From positions 89,765 through 153,764 of the forward strand of contig JADLAC010000009.1 in assembly GCA_020848435.1 (NCBI GenBank): 64,000 nucleotides of DNA. The letters are read 5' to 3'. Positions 45,209-53,947 of this stretch are shown piece after piece; positions within the stretch are counted from its first letter, which is position 1; each line of letters begins with the position of its first letter. The position numbers were made by a program, and so were the translations under genes. The DNA comes from Burkholderiales bacterium (GTDB lineage Bacteria; Pseudomonadota; Gammaproteobacteria; Burkholderiales; WYBJ01). Below the pieces are notes generated by a model. The model was not told the DNA's origin. It saw only the letters and a list, made by a program, of their open reading frames with translations, and ran no database searches.

Positions 45209-45705
45209 CGGAACAGCACTCCTTCGACCTCGCGGTCGAAATCTATGGTCAATACCTGCCCGGCGCGCAAGCTTACGGTGCGCGCCACGACCTGCGGGCT
45301 CGTGTTCCGGCGCGCATCGTCGGCGACGCTCGCCTCGATCCGATGCGTTCCGGCGGCGAGGGGCAAGCGCCGGTAGAGGGTGGCCGCACCGTCGCGCGCC
45401 AAGCCGCGCGGCGGCAGGGTTTCGTCCACCATCAATTCGCCGTCCACGATCAGCCGCACGCGCACATCGGCACGTTCCCGCGGACAGGATTCGGCATGAC
45501 GCATGTTGGCCGGCAGGCGCGCCAGCTCCTCCGCCGACAGGCGGCGGCACGGCTTGAGGCGCGCACCGTCGAGCGTCATGCTGAGGCGAAGCAACGCGGT
45601 ATCCGGAGGCAGTTGCTGGTAGCTCGGCGCGACCGAGCAATACGCGAGCGCGATCCCGCACACGCCGTAACAGAGCAAGCGCCCGAGCATGCGCCGATCA
45701 AGCAT
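45205..45705 (-). CDS. Conserved hypothetical single-TM protein, paralogue of 47334-47837
   Basis: N-terminal TM helix. Motifs shared with the paralogue: LP.D.AL.R.S, EELA.LP.NMR, CPRER, DGAAT.YRR, IDFD. An alternative Met lies at 45690. Confidence 0.5.
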   Translation of the reverse strand: MLDRRMLGRLLCYGVCGIALAYCSVAPSYQQLPPDTALLRLSMTLDGARLKPCRRLSAEELARLPANMRHAESCPRERADVRVRLIVDGELMVDETLPPRGLARDGAATLYRRLPLAAGTHRIEASVADDARRNTSPQVVARTVSLRAGQVLTIDFDREVEGVLFR

Positions 45706-47326
45706 TGCCCAGTCTCCGCAGCCGCGGCCGATCGCCGCGCGCCTCGACGGCGCTCGTCTTGGCGCGCAGACTCGCCACCGCCTGCGCCAGATCGCGCTCC
45801 TCGCCCGCGCCCGCGAAGCTCAAAGCCCAGCGCGAGGGATCGACGCTCGTTCGCAGGTGCGGCTCCCTCTCGCCCGACAAGCGCCGCTCGATCCATTGCG
45901 GCCCGAGGCGGAATTCGCACTCTCCCGGATGGCAGGCGTTGACCACGACCCCGGCTGCACCGGCGCGCAATGCATATTCGACGAACGCCGGCGGCAGCAT
46001 GGCGATGCATAGCAGCGGCAGCGCGAGCACGCCCTCGGCGCGTACGCTGTCGAGCGCTGCCGCACGCTCGCAGCCGAACACGACGATCGCCGGACCGCGC
46101 TCGCCTGCGAGCGCACGCTCCAGCTCCCGGCGCAGATCGTCGACGGTTCGCCGCGGCATGTCGATGCCGCTCAGCAGCGCGTCCGTGCTGCGAAAAGGTG
46201 TGGATGAGGGACAAGCGCCCGCGCAGATACCGCAGCCGGCGCACGCGTCCGCGATCACCACGGGAAAACGTTGGCCGGCTCTCGCACCCGGGCGCGGCTT
46301 CATCGCGATCGCCGCATATGGACAGTCATCGGCGCAGCGCGCGCAGCCGTTGCAGTTGTCGAGATCGACCCGCGCGTGCTCGCGCGGCGCCGGTCTAGCA
46401 GCCAATGCCGGCATCGCACACAACAGCAAGGTCGCGCCGGCGGCGAAACTCCACGCGATTCCAGGCGATGTTTCATACTGGAGCGGATGAATGAAGAGGT
46501 AGAACCAGTCGAGCGCCAAGCCGGTTTGCAGCAGCGTGGGATCGGCCGGCGCATGACTGGCTGCCGGCGCCGCCACGGCGAGCGCGAGCAAGGTGAGCAG
46601 CACGCCCCACGCCAGCGAGCGCGGCGGCAGCGTGTGCACGTGACTGATGCGCTGGATGTGTATCCACATGCCGGCCAGCAGCAGCAAGGGAATGCCGATG
46701 TGCAGGAAGATGAGCAGGGAGAAGAAGCGGTCGTCGATCGGCTGGATGAAATTGCGTACGATCGCATCGCCGCCCAAGGGCAGCCAGTCGAGCCACTCCG
46801 CGGTCGCGGTGATCGAGAACAGAGCGAGCTGGTCCCAGACCAGCCAGTAGCCGCCGATCCCCGAGGCATACGCGAGCCAGATGAGCGGTACCCCGCTCAG
46901 CCAGGAGAACCAGCGAAAGCTCGCGAAGTGCCCGCGCAAGAGCTCGCGCCCGATGTGCAGCAGCATGATCGCCGCGAAAGCATCGGAGGCATAGCGGTGC
47001 AGGCTGCGCATGATTCCGCCGAGATACCATTGCTCGCTGCTCAGCTGCTCGACCGAGGCATAGGCGCCGGCTGCGCTGGTATCGAAGAACGCGTAGAGAT
47101 AGATCCCGGTCGCGGTCACGATCCAGAACAGATAGAACCCGAGGGCGCCGAGCTGGTGCCAGGGGTTGTGCTCGGGCGCGAACGCACGCTCGAGGCCGCG
47201 ACCGATCGCGGCCGCGATACGAACCCACGGTCGCGCTGCCGCGTTGCTCGCCACGCCCGTTGTCCTGAACCCCGACATGGCGCCAATGCTGACACGCGCC
47301 GCCGAGATCGCATTGACGCGGGTCAA
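45698..47326 (-). CDS. Fusion protein: dihaem cytochrome b (bc1/b6 N-terminal type) + 2x[4Fe-4S] ferredoxin + MvhD/FlpD-like domain
   Basis: Four His sit in TM context (SLHRYASD, MLLHIGRE, FLHIGIP, WIHIQR). Two Cys clusters: CNGCARCADDCP and CAGCGICAGACP. The C-terminus VVFGCERAA...LPLLCIAMLPPAFVEYALRAGAAGVVVNACHPGECEF is MvhD-like. The start is TTG at 47326 (AGGAG upstream) or ATG at 47278. Confidence 0.7.
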   Translation of the reverse strand: MTRVNAISAARVSIGAMSGFRTTGVASNAAARPWVRIAAAIGRGLERAFAPEHNPWHQLGALGFYLFWIVTATGIYLYAFFDTSAAGAYASVEQLSSEQWYLGGIMRSLHRYASDAFAAIMLLHIGRELLRGHFASFRWFSWLSGVPLIWLAYASGIGGYWLVWDQLALFSITATAEWLDWLPLGGDAIVRNFIQPIDDRFFSLLIFLHIGIPLLLLAGMWIHIQRISHVHTLPPRSLAWGVLLTLLALAVAAPAASHAPADPTLLQTGLALDWFYLFIHPLQYETSPGIAWSFAAGATLLLCAMPALAARPAPREHARVDLDNCNGCARCADDCPYAAIAMKPRPGARAGQRFPVVIADACAGCGICAGACPSSTPFRSTDALLSGIDMPRRTVDDLRRELERALAGERGPAIVVFGCERAAALDSVRAEGVLALPLLCIAMLPPAFVEYALRAGAAGVVVNACHPGECEFRLGPQWIERRLSGEREPHLRTSVDPSRWALSFAGAGEERDLAQAVASLRAKTSAVEARGDRPRLRRLGNA

Positions 47327-47333
47327 TCCGCCG

Positions 47334-47837
47334 TCAGCTCCTGAAGCGGAAGCCGCCGCGGGCGTTGTCGAAGTCGATCAGCACGCTGCCCCCCGGGGGC
47401 AGGTCGAGGGTGGTCGTGGCGCGATGGTTGAAATCGCCGTGCGGGCGATCGCGCATGCGCACCGCGATCTCGTGGCGCCCCGTGGGCAGCTCGATGCGCC
47501 GGTAGACCGTGGCGGCGCCGTCGTGGTGCAATCCCGAGGGCGGCACGTCGAGGCTCAGCAAGAGCCTGCCGTCGAGCTCCACTTCGACCTTCAACGGCGA
47601 GCGCTCGCGCGGGCAATCGAGCTGCGAGCGCATATTGGGTGGGAGCTTGGCGAGCTCCTCGGGCGTGCGCTGGTGGCATTCGCGCAGGCGCTCGCCGGCA
47701 TGCGAGAACGATACGCGCATGAGCGCGCGGTCCTGCGGCAGGTGCGCAAATCGCGGTGCCGACGAGAAGTAGCCGAGGATCACCATCAAGGGCACGTAGA
47801 GCGCCAATTGCGCCAGAAAGCGCAGCACCCCGATCAT
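47334..47837 (-). CDS. Conserved hypothetical single-TM protein, paralogue of 45205-45705
   Basis: The start was trimmed to MIGVLRF at 47837 (ATGA overlap with the upstream stop). The shared motifs are the same as for 45205-45705. Confidence 0.5.
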   Translation of the reverse strand: MIGVLRFLAQLALYVPLMVILGYFSSAPRFAHLPQDRALMRVSFSHAGERLRECHQRTPEELAKLPPNMRSQLDCPRERSPLKVEVELDGRLLLSLDVPPSGLHHDGAATVYRRIELPTGRHEIAVRMRDRPHGDFNHRATTTLDLPPGGSVLIDFDNARGGFRFRS

Positions 47838-49774
47838 CGCCCGCCCCCGGGCTTCATGATTTCTGCCGCTCCCCCCGGCTTGTGCGCGGGCAGCAGGAAG
47901 GTATCGGAGAAGCAATCCTCTTGCGCGAGCCCGCGGGCAAGAAACGCGGGATGCGCCGCGGCCACCATGTCGACCGATCCGCAGGCATAGATCTGATGGC
48001 CGGCAAGATCCGGAAAGTCGGCCAGGATCGCCTCATGGACCAACCCGATGCGGCCGGTCCAATGGTCCTCCGGCGCCGGGTCCGACATCACCGGAATGAA
48101 CTTGAAATTTGCGTGCTCGCGCTCCCACTGGCGCGGCAGCTCGCCAAGGTACAGATCCTGCGGGCGGCGCACGCCCCAGTACAGCAGCATGTTGCGTTTG
48201 AGGCCGATATGCAGAGCGTGCTCGACCATGCTTTTCACGGGCGCGAAGCCAGTCGATCCGGCGACGAAGATGATCGGCTTGTCGCTGTCTTCGCGCAGGA
48301 AGAACGAGCCCAACGGCGCTTCGAATCGGATGGTATCGCCCACCTGCATATGGTCGAACACCCAGGGCGTGAACTTGCCGCCCGGCACCAGGCGAATCTG
48401 CAATTCGATCTCGCCTTGCACGTGCGGAGCGGTCGCGAAGGAAAAGCTGCGATGCTCGCCGTTCGGCAGCAGCACGTTGATGTACTGCCCGGCGTAGTAG
48501 TCGAGCTGCTCGCCGGGCCCGAGGGCGAGAAAGACCTGCATCACATCGGGGGCGAGGCGGTTCATGCGCGTGACGCGGGCGTTGTAGGTCCGTATCGGCC
48601 GCCCGCCGAGCGGCTCGGTCGGCTCGTACTCGACCTCGATGTCGCTCAACGCCGTCGCGCAGCACAGCAGCAGCTTGCCGGCGGCGCGCTCGGCCTCGCT
48701 GAGCGCGTCCTTCTGGTAGTTGCCCGGATCGATTTCGCCGTAAGTGAGGGTCGCTTTGCATTTGCCGCAGCCGCCGTTGCGGCACTCGAAGGGGAACGCG
48801 ATACCCTCGCGCAAGCCCGCGTCGAGGATGCTTTCGCCTTCGCGCACGCTGATGATGTGGTTGTCCGGGCGCACCAGCAGATGGAAGCCCTCCTTGGAGA
48901 CGCGCCGGCGCTTCGGCGGCAACCACGGCGCCAACAGGAACAGCGCGGTCGCACCGCCGACCAGCGCCCACACCTCACCCGGGCTCCAGCGATACAGCAG
49001 GGCATACACGGGCAGGTAGAACCAGTCGAAATCGATCACCGTCACGGCGGATGCGAGATCCGCCGGCGCCTGGCTCAGCGCGGGCTTGAGCAGCGACAGC
49101 ACCACCAGCGCGGCGCTCAACGTGGCGGCAATCGGCCAAGGCGGCGAGGTGCGCGCCTGCGGCACGCGCTGGGTATGCACCATCAGCAGCGCCAGCGCGG
49201 CGAGCGGGATGCCGATATGGATGAACGAGAGCAGCGAGAACAGCCGGTCGTTCACGTTCTCCGGAAAAATGAAGTTGCGCACCAGCGTACCGCCGAAGAC
49301 CGGGATCCAGTCGAACCATTCGGCCGTGGCGATCACCACGAACTGCGCCAGGCGGTCCCACGGCAGCATGTAACCGTTGATCCCCGCGGAGTAGATGAGC
49401 CAGAGCAGGACGACCCCGCTCACCCAGGAGAACCAACGGAAGGCGCGGTAACGGTCGAACACGAAATGCCGCGCCAGGTGCAAGAGCATGGTCAATACCA
49501 TGCCGTCGGAGGCATAGCGGTGCAGGCTGCGCAAGATGCCGCCGAAATACCATTGCCCGTGGGTGAGCTGCTCGACCGAGGCGTAGGCTTCTTCCACTCC
49601 GGTATCGAAGAAGATGTAAAGGTAGAGCCCGCTTCCCAGCACGATCCAGAACAGGAAGTAGCTGATCGGACCGAGGTAATAGAGCGGATTGAGGCGGTCG
49701 CCGAAAGCGAGGTTGAAGAAGCTCTCCACCCGCAGGAAAGCCCAGCGTCCGGCACGATGCACGAGTTTCAACAC
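47834..49774 (-). CDS. Fusion protein: dihaem cytochrome b (bc1/b6 N-terminal type) + plant-type [2Fe-2S] ferredoxin + FNR-like FAD/NAD(P)H reductase
   Basis: The cytochrome-b half is paralogous to 45698-47326 (SLHRYASD, MLLHLARH, FIHIGIP, MVHTQR). The ferredoxin motif is FECRNGGCGKCKA...LLCCA. The FNR module reads RSFSFA (FAD) ...IIFVAGSTGFAP (NAD(P)H) ...YACGS. GTG start. Confidence 0.75.
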   Translation of the reverse strand: MLKLVHRAGRWAFLRVESFFNLAFGDRLNPLYYLGPISYFLFWIVLGSGLYLYIFFDTGVEEAYASVEQLTHGQWYFGGILRSLHRYASDGMVLTMLLHLARHFVFDRYRAFRWFSWVSGVVLLWLIYSAGINGYMLPWDRLAQFVVIATAEWFDWIPVFGGTLVRNFIFPENVNDRLFSLLSFIHIGIPLAALALLMVHTQRVPQARTSPPWPIAATLSAALVVLSLLKPALSQAPADLASAVTVIDFDWFYLPVYALLYRWSPGEVWALVGGATALFLLAPWLPPKRRRVSKEGFHLLVRPDNHIISVREGESILDAGLREGIAFPFECRNGGCGKCKATLTYGEIDPGNYQKDALSEAERAAGKLLLCCATALSDIEVEYEPTEPLGGRPIRTYNARVTRMNRLAPDVMQVFLALGPGEQLDYYAGQYINVLLPNGEHRSFSFATAPHVQGEIELQIRLVPGGKFTPWVFDHMQVGDTIRFEAPLGSFFLREDSDKPIIFVAGSTGFAPVKSMVEHALHIGLKRNMLLYWGVRRPQDLYLGELPRQWEREHANFKFIPVMSDPAPEDHWTGRIGLVHEAILADFPDLAGHQIYACGSVDMVAAAHPAFLARGLAQEDCFSDTFLLPAHKPGGAAEIMKPGGGR

Positions 49775-49849
49775 GATAGGGAAGCGACCAGGTCGACGAC
49801 GATCAGCGGGCCGGCGACGCCCTGACGGGAGCCGCCGAGGTTCGGAAGC

Positions 49850-50692
49850 TCAGCCGCGGGAGCGGCGGCGCTGGCGCCGCCATTCGTAGATGAGACTGCC
49901 CGTTCCGGCAAGCACGATGCTCGCGCCGACCAGCAGCTCGATCACGACGGCGTAGTTCAAGCGATACCTGCCCGCGCTCGGATCATACACCGTGCAGAGC
50001 AGCCGGACACGTTCGAGCCAGTCGGCGAGCGCCGGAGACGCGCTGCGCTGCCCGGTGACGAGCTCCTTCAGCGGACCGACCAGCAAGGGCAGATCGAACG
50101 AATCACCATAGAGCTGACGATAGATGCGCCCCTCCGGATCCACGACCGTGAGCTGGAGCACGTGGTCGAAGCCCTTTGCCGTCTGCGCGTAGCTGAAGCC
50201 GAAATCACGCAACAGCGCATCGACGCGCCCGGCGTCCGGGCTCAGAAACGACCATCCCGGCAGATCCGCCCCGTGGCGCCGGGCGAAATCCTTCATTGCG
50301 ACCGGGTTATCGTGGGGAAGATTGAAGCCGATCGTGATGCTGTGGAAGCTGTCGGCGCCAAGCGTCTGCTGTGCCGAACGCAATGCCTTGACGAGGAATT
50401 GCGTAGTCGCGGGGCAGACTTCGTAGCAGCCGGTATAGACGAAGCTCACCACCAGCGGCTTGCCGCGGTATTGGCTCAGTCGAACGCGTTTGCCTTGGGC
50501 TTCGGTGAATTCGTAATCGGCCGGCGCGGTTCCGACGACACCCTGGCTCAGCGCCAGGGCTGCCTTCTGGTCGAGCGCTGCGCTGGATTGAGCGCGGGTG
50601 GTTTCGGCCAGCAGGACCAGGGTCACGACGAGCCCCACCGCGATGCCGATGCGGGTGGCGAGGCCGGCGCGCTTGCCACCGCGGAGCGTCAA
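49850..50692 (-). CDS. SCO1/SenC-family copper chaperone (thioredoxin fold) with an extra C-terminal TM segment
   Basis: CxxxC motif in FVYTGCYEVCP. N-terminal TM anchor. The TTG start overlaps the cyoE stop (TTGA). Confidence 0.8.
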   Translation of the reverse strand: MTLRGGKRAGLATRIGIAVGLVVTLVLLAETTRAQSSAALDQKAALALSQGVVGTAPADYEFTEAQGKRVRLSQYRGKPLVVSFVYTGCYEVCPATTQFLVKALRSAQQTLGADSFHSITIGFNLPHDNPVAMKDFARRHGADLPGWSFLSPDAGRVDALLRDFGFSYAQTAKGFDHVLQLTVVDPEGRIYRQLYGDSFDLPLLVGPLKELVTGQRSASPALADWLERVRLLCTVYDPSAGRYRLNYAVVIELLVGASIVLAGTGSLIYEWRRQRRRSRG

Positions 50693-51543
50693 TCGCGCAC
50701 TCCGGCGTCGATCAGCGCCGCGAACAGCAGCAGGGAAAGCTGGACCAGGGTCGCATGAAAATTCGCCATGGCGGTCGCGCGGTTCGGCGCGCGCACCAGC
50801 GCCACGCTCTTCACCAGCAGATAGGCGCCGCCGGCAACCGCGCCCACGAGATAAACCGCACCCAGACTATAGAACGCCGGCAGCAGCGAGGCCGCCACCA
50901 GCAGCACGCTATTCCAGAATATCACCCGAGCGCTGCGGCTCTCGCCCACCAACACGGGCAGCATGGGCACGCCGGCCGCCCGGTAATCGTCCTGAAAGGC
51001 GATGGCGAGGCTCCAGAAGTGCGGCGGCGTCCAGAGGAACAACACGAAGGCGAACGCGAGCGCTTCGGCCGTCAGCTCGACGCTCACGCTCGCCGCACCG
51101 GCCAACACCGCGAAGCTCCCCGCCAGGCCGCCGATGACGATATTGAGCCAGGTGCGCCGTTTCAGCCACACGGTGTAGACCACGGCGTAGAAGAATGCGC
51201 CGAGGAAAACGTACAGTGCCGCCAGCGGATTCACCGCGAGGGCGGCGCTGCCGACGGCAGCGACGATCATGAGGACAATCAGCGCGAGCCAGTGTCTGCC
51301 GTGGCGCAGGCTGCCGCTCACGAAAGGCCGCGCGCGAGTACGGCGCATGCGCGCGTCGAGGTCGCGCTCGGCGTATTGGTTGAACGCGCCCGCGGCCGCC
51401 GATGCCACCAGCACGGACAAGGCGAGGACCAGGCTTTGCCAAATCGTAGGACGCGGTCCGGGGGTGACCGCGATGCCGGTAACGGCGGTGAGCGCGATGA
51501 CGATCCCGATCCGCAGCTTGAAGAGATTCAGAAAGGTCTTCAT
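50689..51543 (-). CDS. cyoE: Protohaem IX farnesyltransferase (haem O synthase)
   Basis: 284-aa polytopic UbiA-family protein. NQYAERDLDARMRRTRARP and WTPPHFWSLA are characteristic of CyoE/CtaB. Confidence 0.9.
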   Translation of the reverse strand: MKTFLNLFKLRIGIVIALTAVTGIAVTPGPRPTIWQSLVLALSVLVASAAAGAFNQYAERDLDARMRRTRARPFVSGSLRHGRHWLALIVLMIVAAVGSAALAVNPLAALYVFLGAFFYAVVYTVWLKRRTWLNIVIGGLAGSFAVLAGAASVSVELTAEALAFAFVLFLWTPPHFWSLAIAFQDDYRAAGVPMLPVLVGESRSARVIFWNSVLLVAASLLPAFYSLGAVYLVGAVAGGAYLLVKSVALVRAPNRATAMANFHATLVQLSLLLFAALIDAGVRD

Positions 51544-51631
51544 GTCGATTGCGCCTCGGTTCGGCTTGGTGCCGCCTCTCCCCGGGTCCGCTGCTCCATT
51601 CGGCCCGGAGAGAGGTACGCACGCTCCCTGA

Positions 51632-53356
51632 TTAACTCAGCGGCCAGACCGTCGACAGGTACTTCCAGTTGACGAAGTAGTACAGGATGAAGGAGATCAG
51701 GAACACCATCGCGAGCACCAGCGTTCCCGGCGCCACGAAGCCGGCCATGCCCACGTTGGGATGATGCGCGGCGATCGCCGCCGCCACCGGCGCCGGTGCC
51801 GGTGCTATGCCTTCCGCGGCGCGCACGTGCTTGAAGTCCGGCACATCGACGCGCGGCGCGAAGAACACCGATCCCACGGTGATCAAGAGATAGATCGCTC
51901 CGCCCACTACCGCCGCCAAGCCGGCCAGCGCCGTCAACGCCATCATCAGCCAGGCCGCACCGGGGAACTCGTAGGGCATCGCGTTACCGGCGAAGCTGAT
52001 GTCCCAGTGCCGGCGCGGTACGCCCAGGGTGCCGGCGCCCATCATGAACAGGGCGAAAGCGCTCATCCCCAAGCCGAACAGATAAGGTTGCCATTGCGCG
52101 AGCTTGGGAAACAGCATCTTGCGCCGGAACAGCACCGGTATGAGGAAATACGTGAGCGACATGAAGGCAAGGGTGGTGCCGACCACCACCGTCGCGTGGA
52201 AGTGCCCCGGCACGTAGATGGTGTTGTGGATGATGAGGTTGAGCTGCTCGGTGCCCATCATCACGCCGGAAATCCCGCCGAGGAAGCCGAAGCCGATGAG
52301 GGAGATGAACATGCCGGCGAACACGGGATTGCCCCACGGCGCCTTGCGCAGCCACTCGAACAGGCCGCGGTTGTAGCCCTTTTCCCGTTGTGCGACCTCG
52401 ATGGCGCCCGGCACGGTGAGCCCGTGCACCATGCTCGCCAGCACCGCCAGGTACATCGCGTAGCTGGTGTTGAAGATCTTCCAGTTCGAGGTCAGACCCG
52501 GATCAGCGAGCAGATGGTGGGCGGAGGCGAGCTGCAAGAACAGGATGTAGAGCAGGAACGCGCCGCGGCTCACCTTCTCGCTCATGGGCTTCGCGCCGAA
52601 CACGATCGCGGCGATCGCATACCAGACCGAGACGTGGGCCGCGACGTTGATCTGTTGCGAGGAGTGACCGAAGCCCCACCACACGGTGCGATACATCAGC
52701 GAATCGATGTGTTCGACCAGGCCGACCGACCAGAGGAAGGTCGGGATCAGGATGATGGCCCCCGAGGCGATCGTGAACACCGCGATGATGCACGCCGTCA
52801 CGGCGCCGAAGGTGACCAGCGGTATGGAACCGTTGTAGGTGCGCTCGGCCTTTGCCACCACCAGGGTACCGAGGAAGACGAAGCAGCCGATGAGCGCACC
52901 GACCGCGAACAGGATGAGCCCGAGATAGAACGCCGGATGGGCGCCCATCGGCGCGTAGGAGGTGAACATCACGCTGGACGTGCCGCTGAAGATCGCGTAG
53001 TTGTTCATGATCGCGCCCAGGATCATGAGCCAGAAGCCGACCCAGGCGAGCCCCGGCGTTGCAAGCCGGCAGCGCAGCAGGGTGCTGGAGGCGAAGTACA
53101 GGATCGCGATCTCGAAGAAGATGATCCACAGCACCAGCATGTCGACGCCGTGCGCCGTGAGGAAGAGATAGAACCAATCGGGCGAGAGCAGGTGGACGGC
53201 TTGCCAGCGGGTGAGGGTCACGCCGAGGGCCAGGATGCCGCCGACGAGCAGCGACACCACGGCCGCGACCGCGTGCGCCTTCATCAGCTTCTCCGCCGGC
53301 TCGTGGAACAGCAGTCCCGTGCTGGGACAGGTCCGGAACATTCGATTGACTGCCAT
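51632..53356 (-). CDS. Haem-copper oxidase subunit I (divergent, B-/NOR-related; helix-VI Tyr absent)
   Basis: 574 aa. All six canonical His are recognisable: LTAHGV, WWGFGHSSQQ, ASAHHL, PGHFHATV. The usual GHPEVY is replaced by GHSSQQ. Confidence 0.85.
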   Translation of the reverse strand: MAVNRMFRTCPSTGLLFHEPAEKLMKAHAVAAVVSLLVGGILALGVTLTRWQAVHLLSPDWFYLFLTAHGVDMLVLWIIFFEIAILYFASSTLLRCRLATPGLAWVGFWLMILGAIMNNYAIFSGTSSVMFTSYAPMGAHPAFYLGLILFAVGALIGCFVFLGTLVVAKAERTYNGSIPLVTFGAVTACIIAVFTIASGAIILIPTFLWSVGLVEHIDSLMYRTVWWGFGHSSQQINVAAHVSVWYAIAAIVFGAKPMSEKVSRGAFLLYILFLQLASAHHLLADPGLTSNWKIFNTSYAMYLAVLASMVHGLTVPGAIEVAQREKGYNRGLFEWLRKAPWGNPVFAGMFISLIGFGFLGGISGVMMGTEQLNLIIHNTIYVPGHFHATVVVGTTLAFMSLTYFLIPVLFRRKMLFPKLAQWQPYLFGLGMSAFALFMMGAGTLGVPRRHWDISFAGNAMPYEFPGAAWLMMALTALAGLAAVVGGAIYLLITVGSVFFAPRVDVPDFKHVRAAEGIAPAPAPVAAAIAAHHPNVGMAGFVAPGTLVLAMVFLISFILYYFVNWKYLSTVWPLS

Positions 53357-53374
53357 GACTTATCCCCCCTTGTT

Positions 53375-53914
53375 CTACTTTACGTAGAGCTTGCTCGACA
53401 TCGTGTGATGATTGATGCCGCAGTACTCGTTACAGATGATCGAATAGGTCCCGGCGCGAGTGGGTTGCACGGTAAGGACGTGGTCGTAGCCCGGATGCAC
53501 CTGGATGTTGATGTTCTCGGGCTGCAGCGAGAATCCGTGCAGCCAATCCATCGACATGAGATGGATGCGGTAGCTCTTGCCGGCCTCGAGCTCGAGGATC
53601 GGCCACCACGACCACAGGCGCGCTACCAGGTACACGTCGCTGCCGGCGGGCGGCGCCACCACGGGAATCTTCTGGTCGGTCTCGGTGCGCACGGTGAACT
53701 TGTCCACCATATCCTGCGCCTTCTTCATGTAGACCTCGGGCGTGGTGCGGTACGCCTCGTTGGCCAGGTTCTGTTTTCCGAACACATGCCAGTACGGCAT
53801 CATGAAGAACATGATCAGGCACCAGATCAGCGCGATGACGACCCAGGTGCCCTCCACGCGATCCAGCGGTTGCTTCCACCAGACGCGATCCTCGGGCGGT
53901 AGTATGGCGCTCAT
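53375..53914 (-). CDS. Haem-copper oxidase subunit II with a CuA cupredoxin domain
   Basis: One N-terminal TM helix. The CuA motif is WLHGFS...CNEYCGINHHTM (H...C-x-E-x-C-G-x-x-H-x-x-M). Confidence 0.75.
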   Translation of the reverse strand: MSAILPPEDRVWWKQPLDRVEGTWVVIALIWCLIMFFMMPYWHVFGKQNLANEAYRTTPEVYMKKAQDMVDKFTVRTETDQKIPVVAPPAGSDVYLVARLWSWWPILELEAGKSYRIHLMSMDWLHGFSLQPENINIQVHPGYDHVLTVQPTRAGTYSIICNEYCGINHHTMSSKLYVK

Positions 53915-53947
53915 GCTCCCCTCTCCTTCGACGGTTTGTTCGGCGGT

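Noticed and set aside
47756-49825. 689-aa plus-strand ORF. Similar cases: 713 aa at 51761-53902, 357 aa at 46271-47344 and 283 aa at 43811-44662.
   Set aside because: These are antisense to genes with clear family motifs (the cytochrome-b fusions and the HCO subunits). Their translations are Arg/Gly/Ala/Asp/His-rich low-complexity sequence with no motif, the typical shadow ORFs of high-GC DNA.
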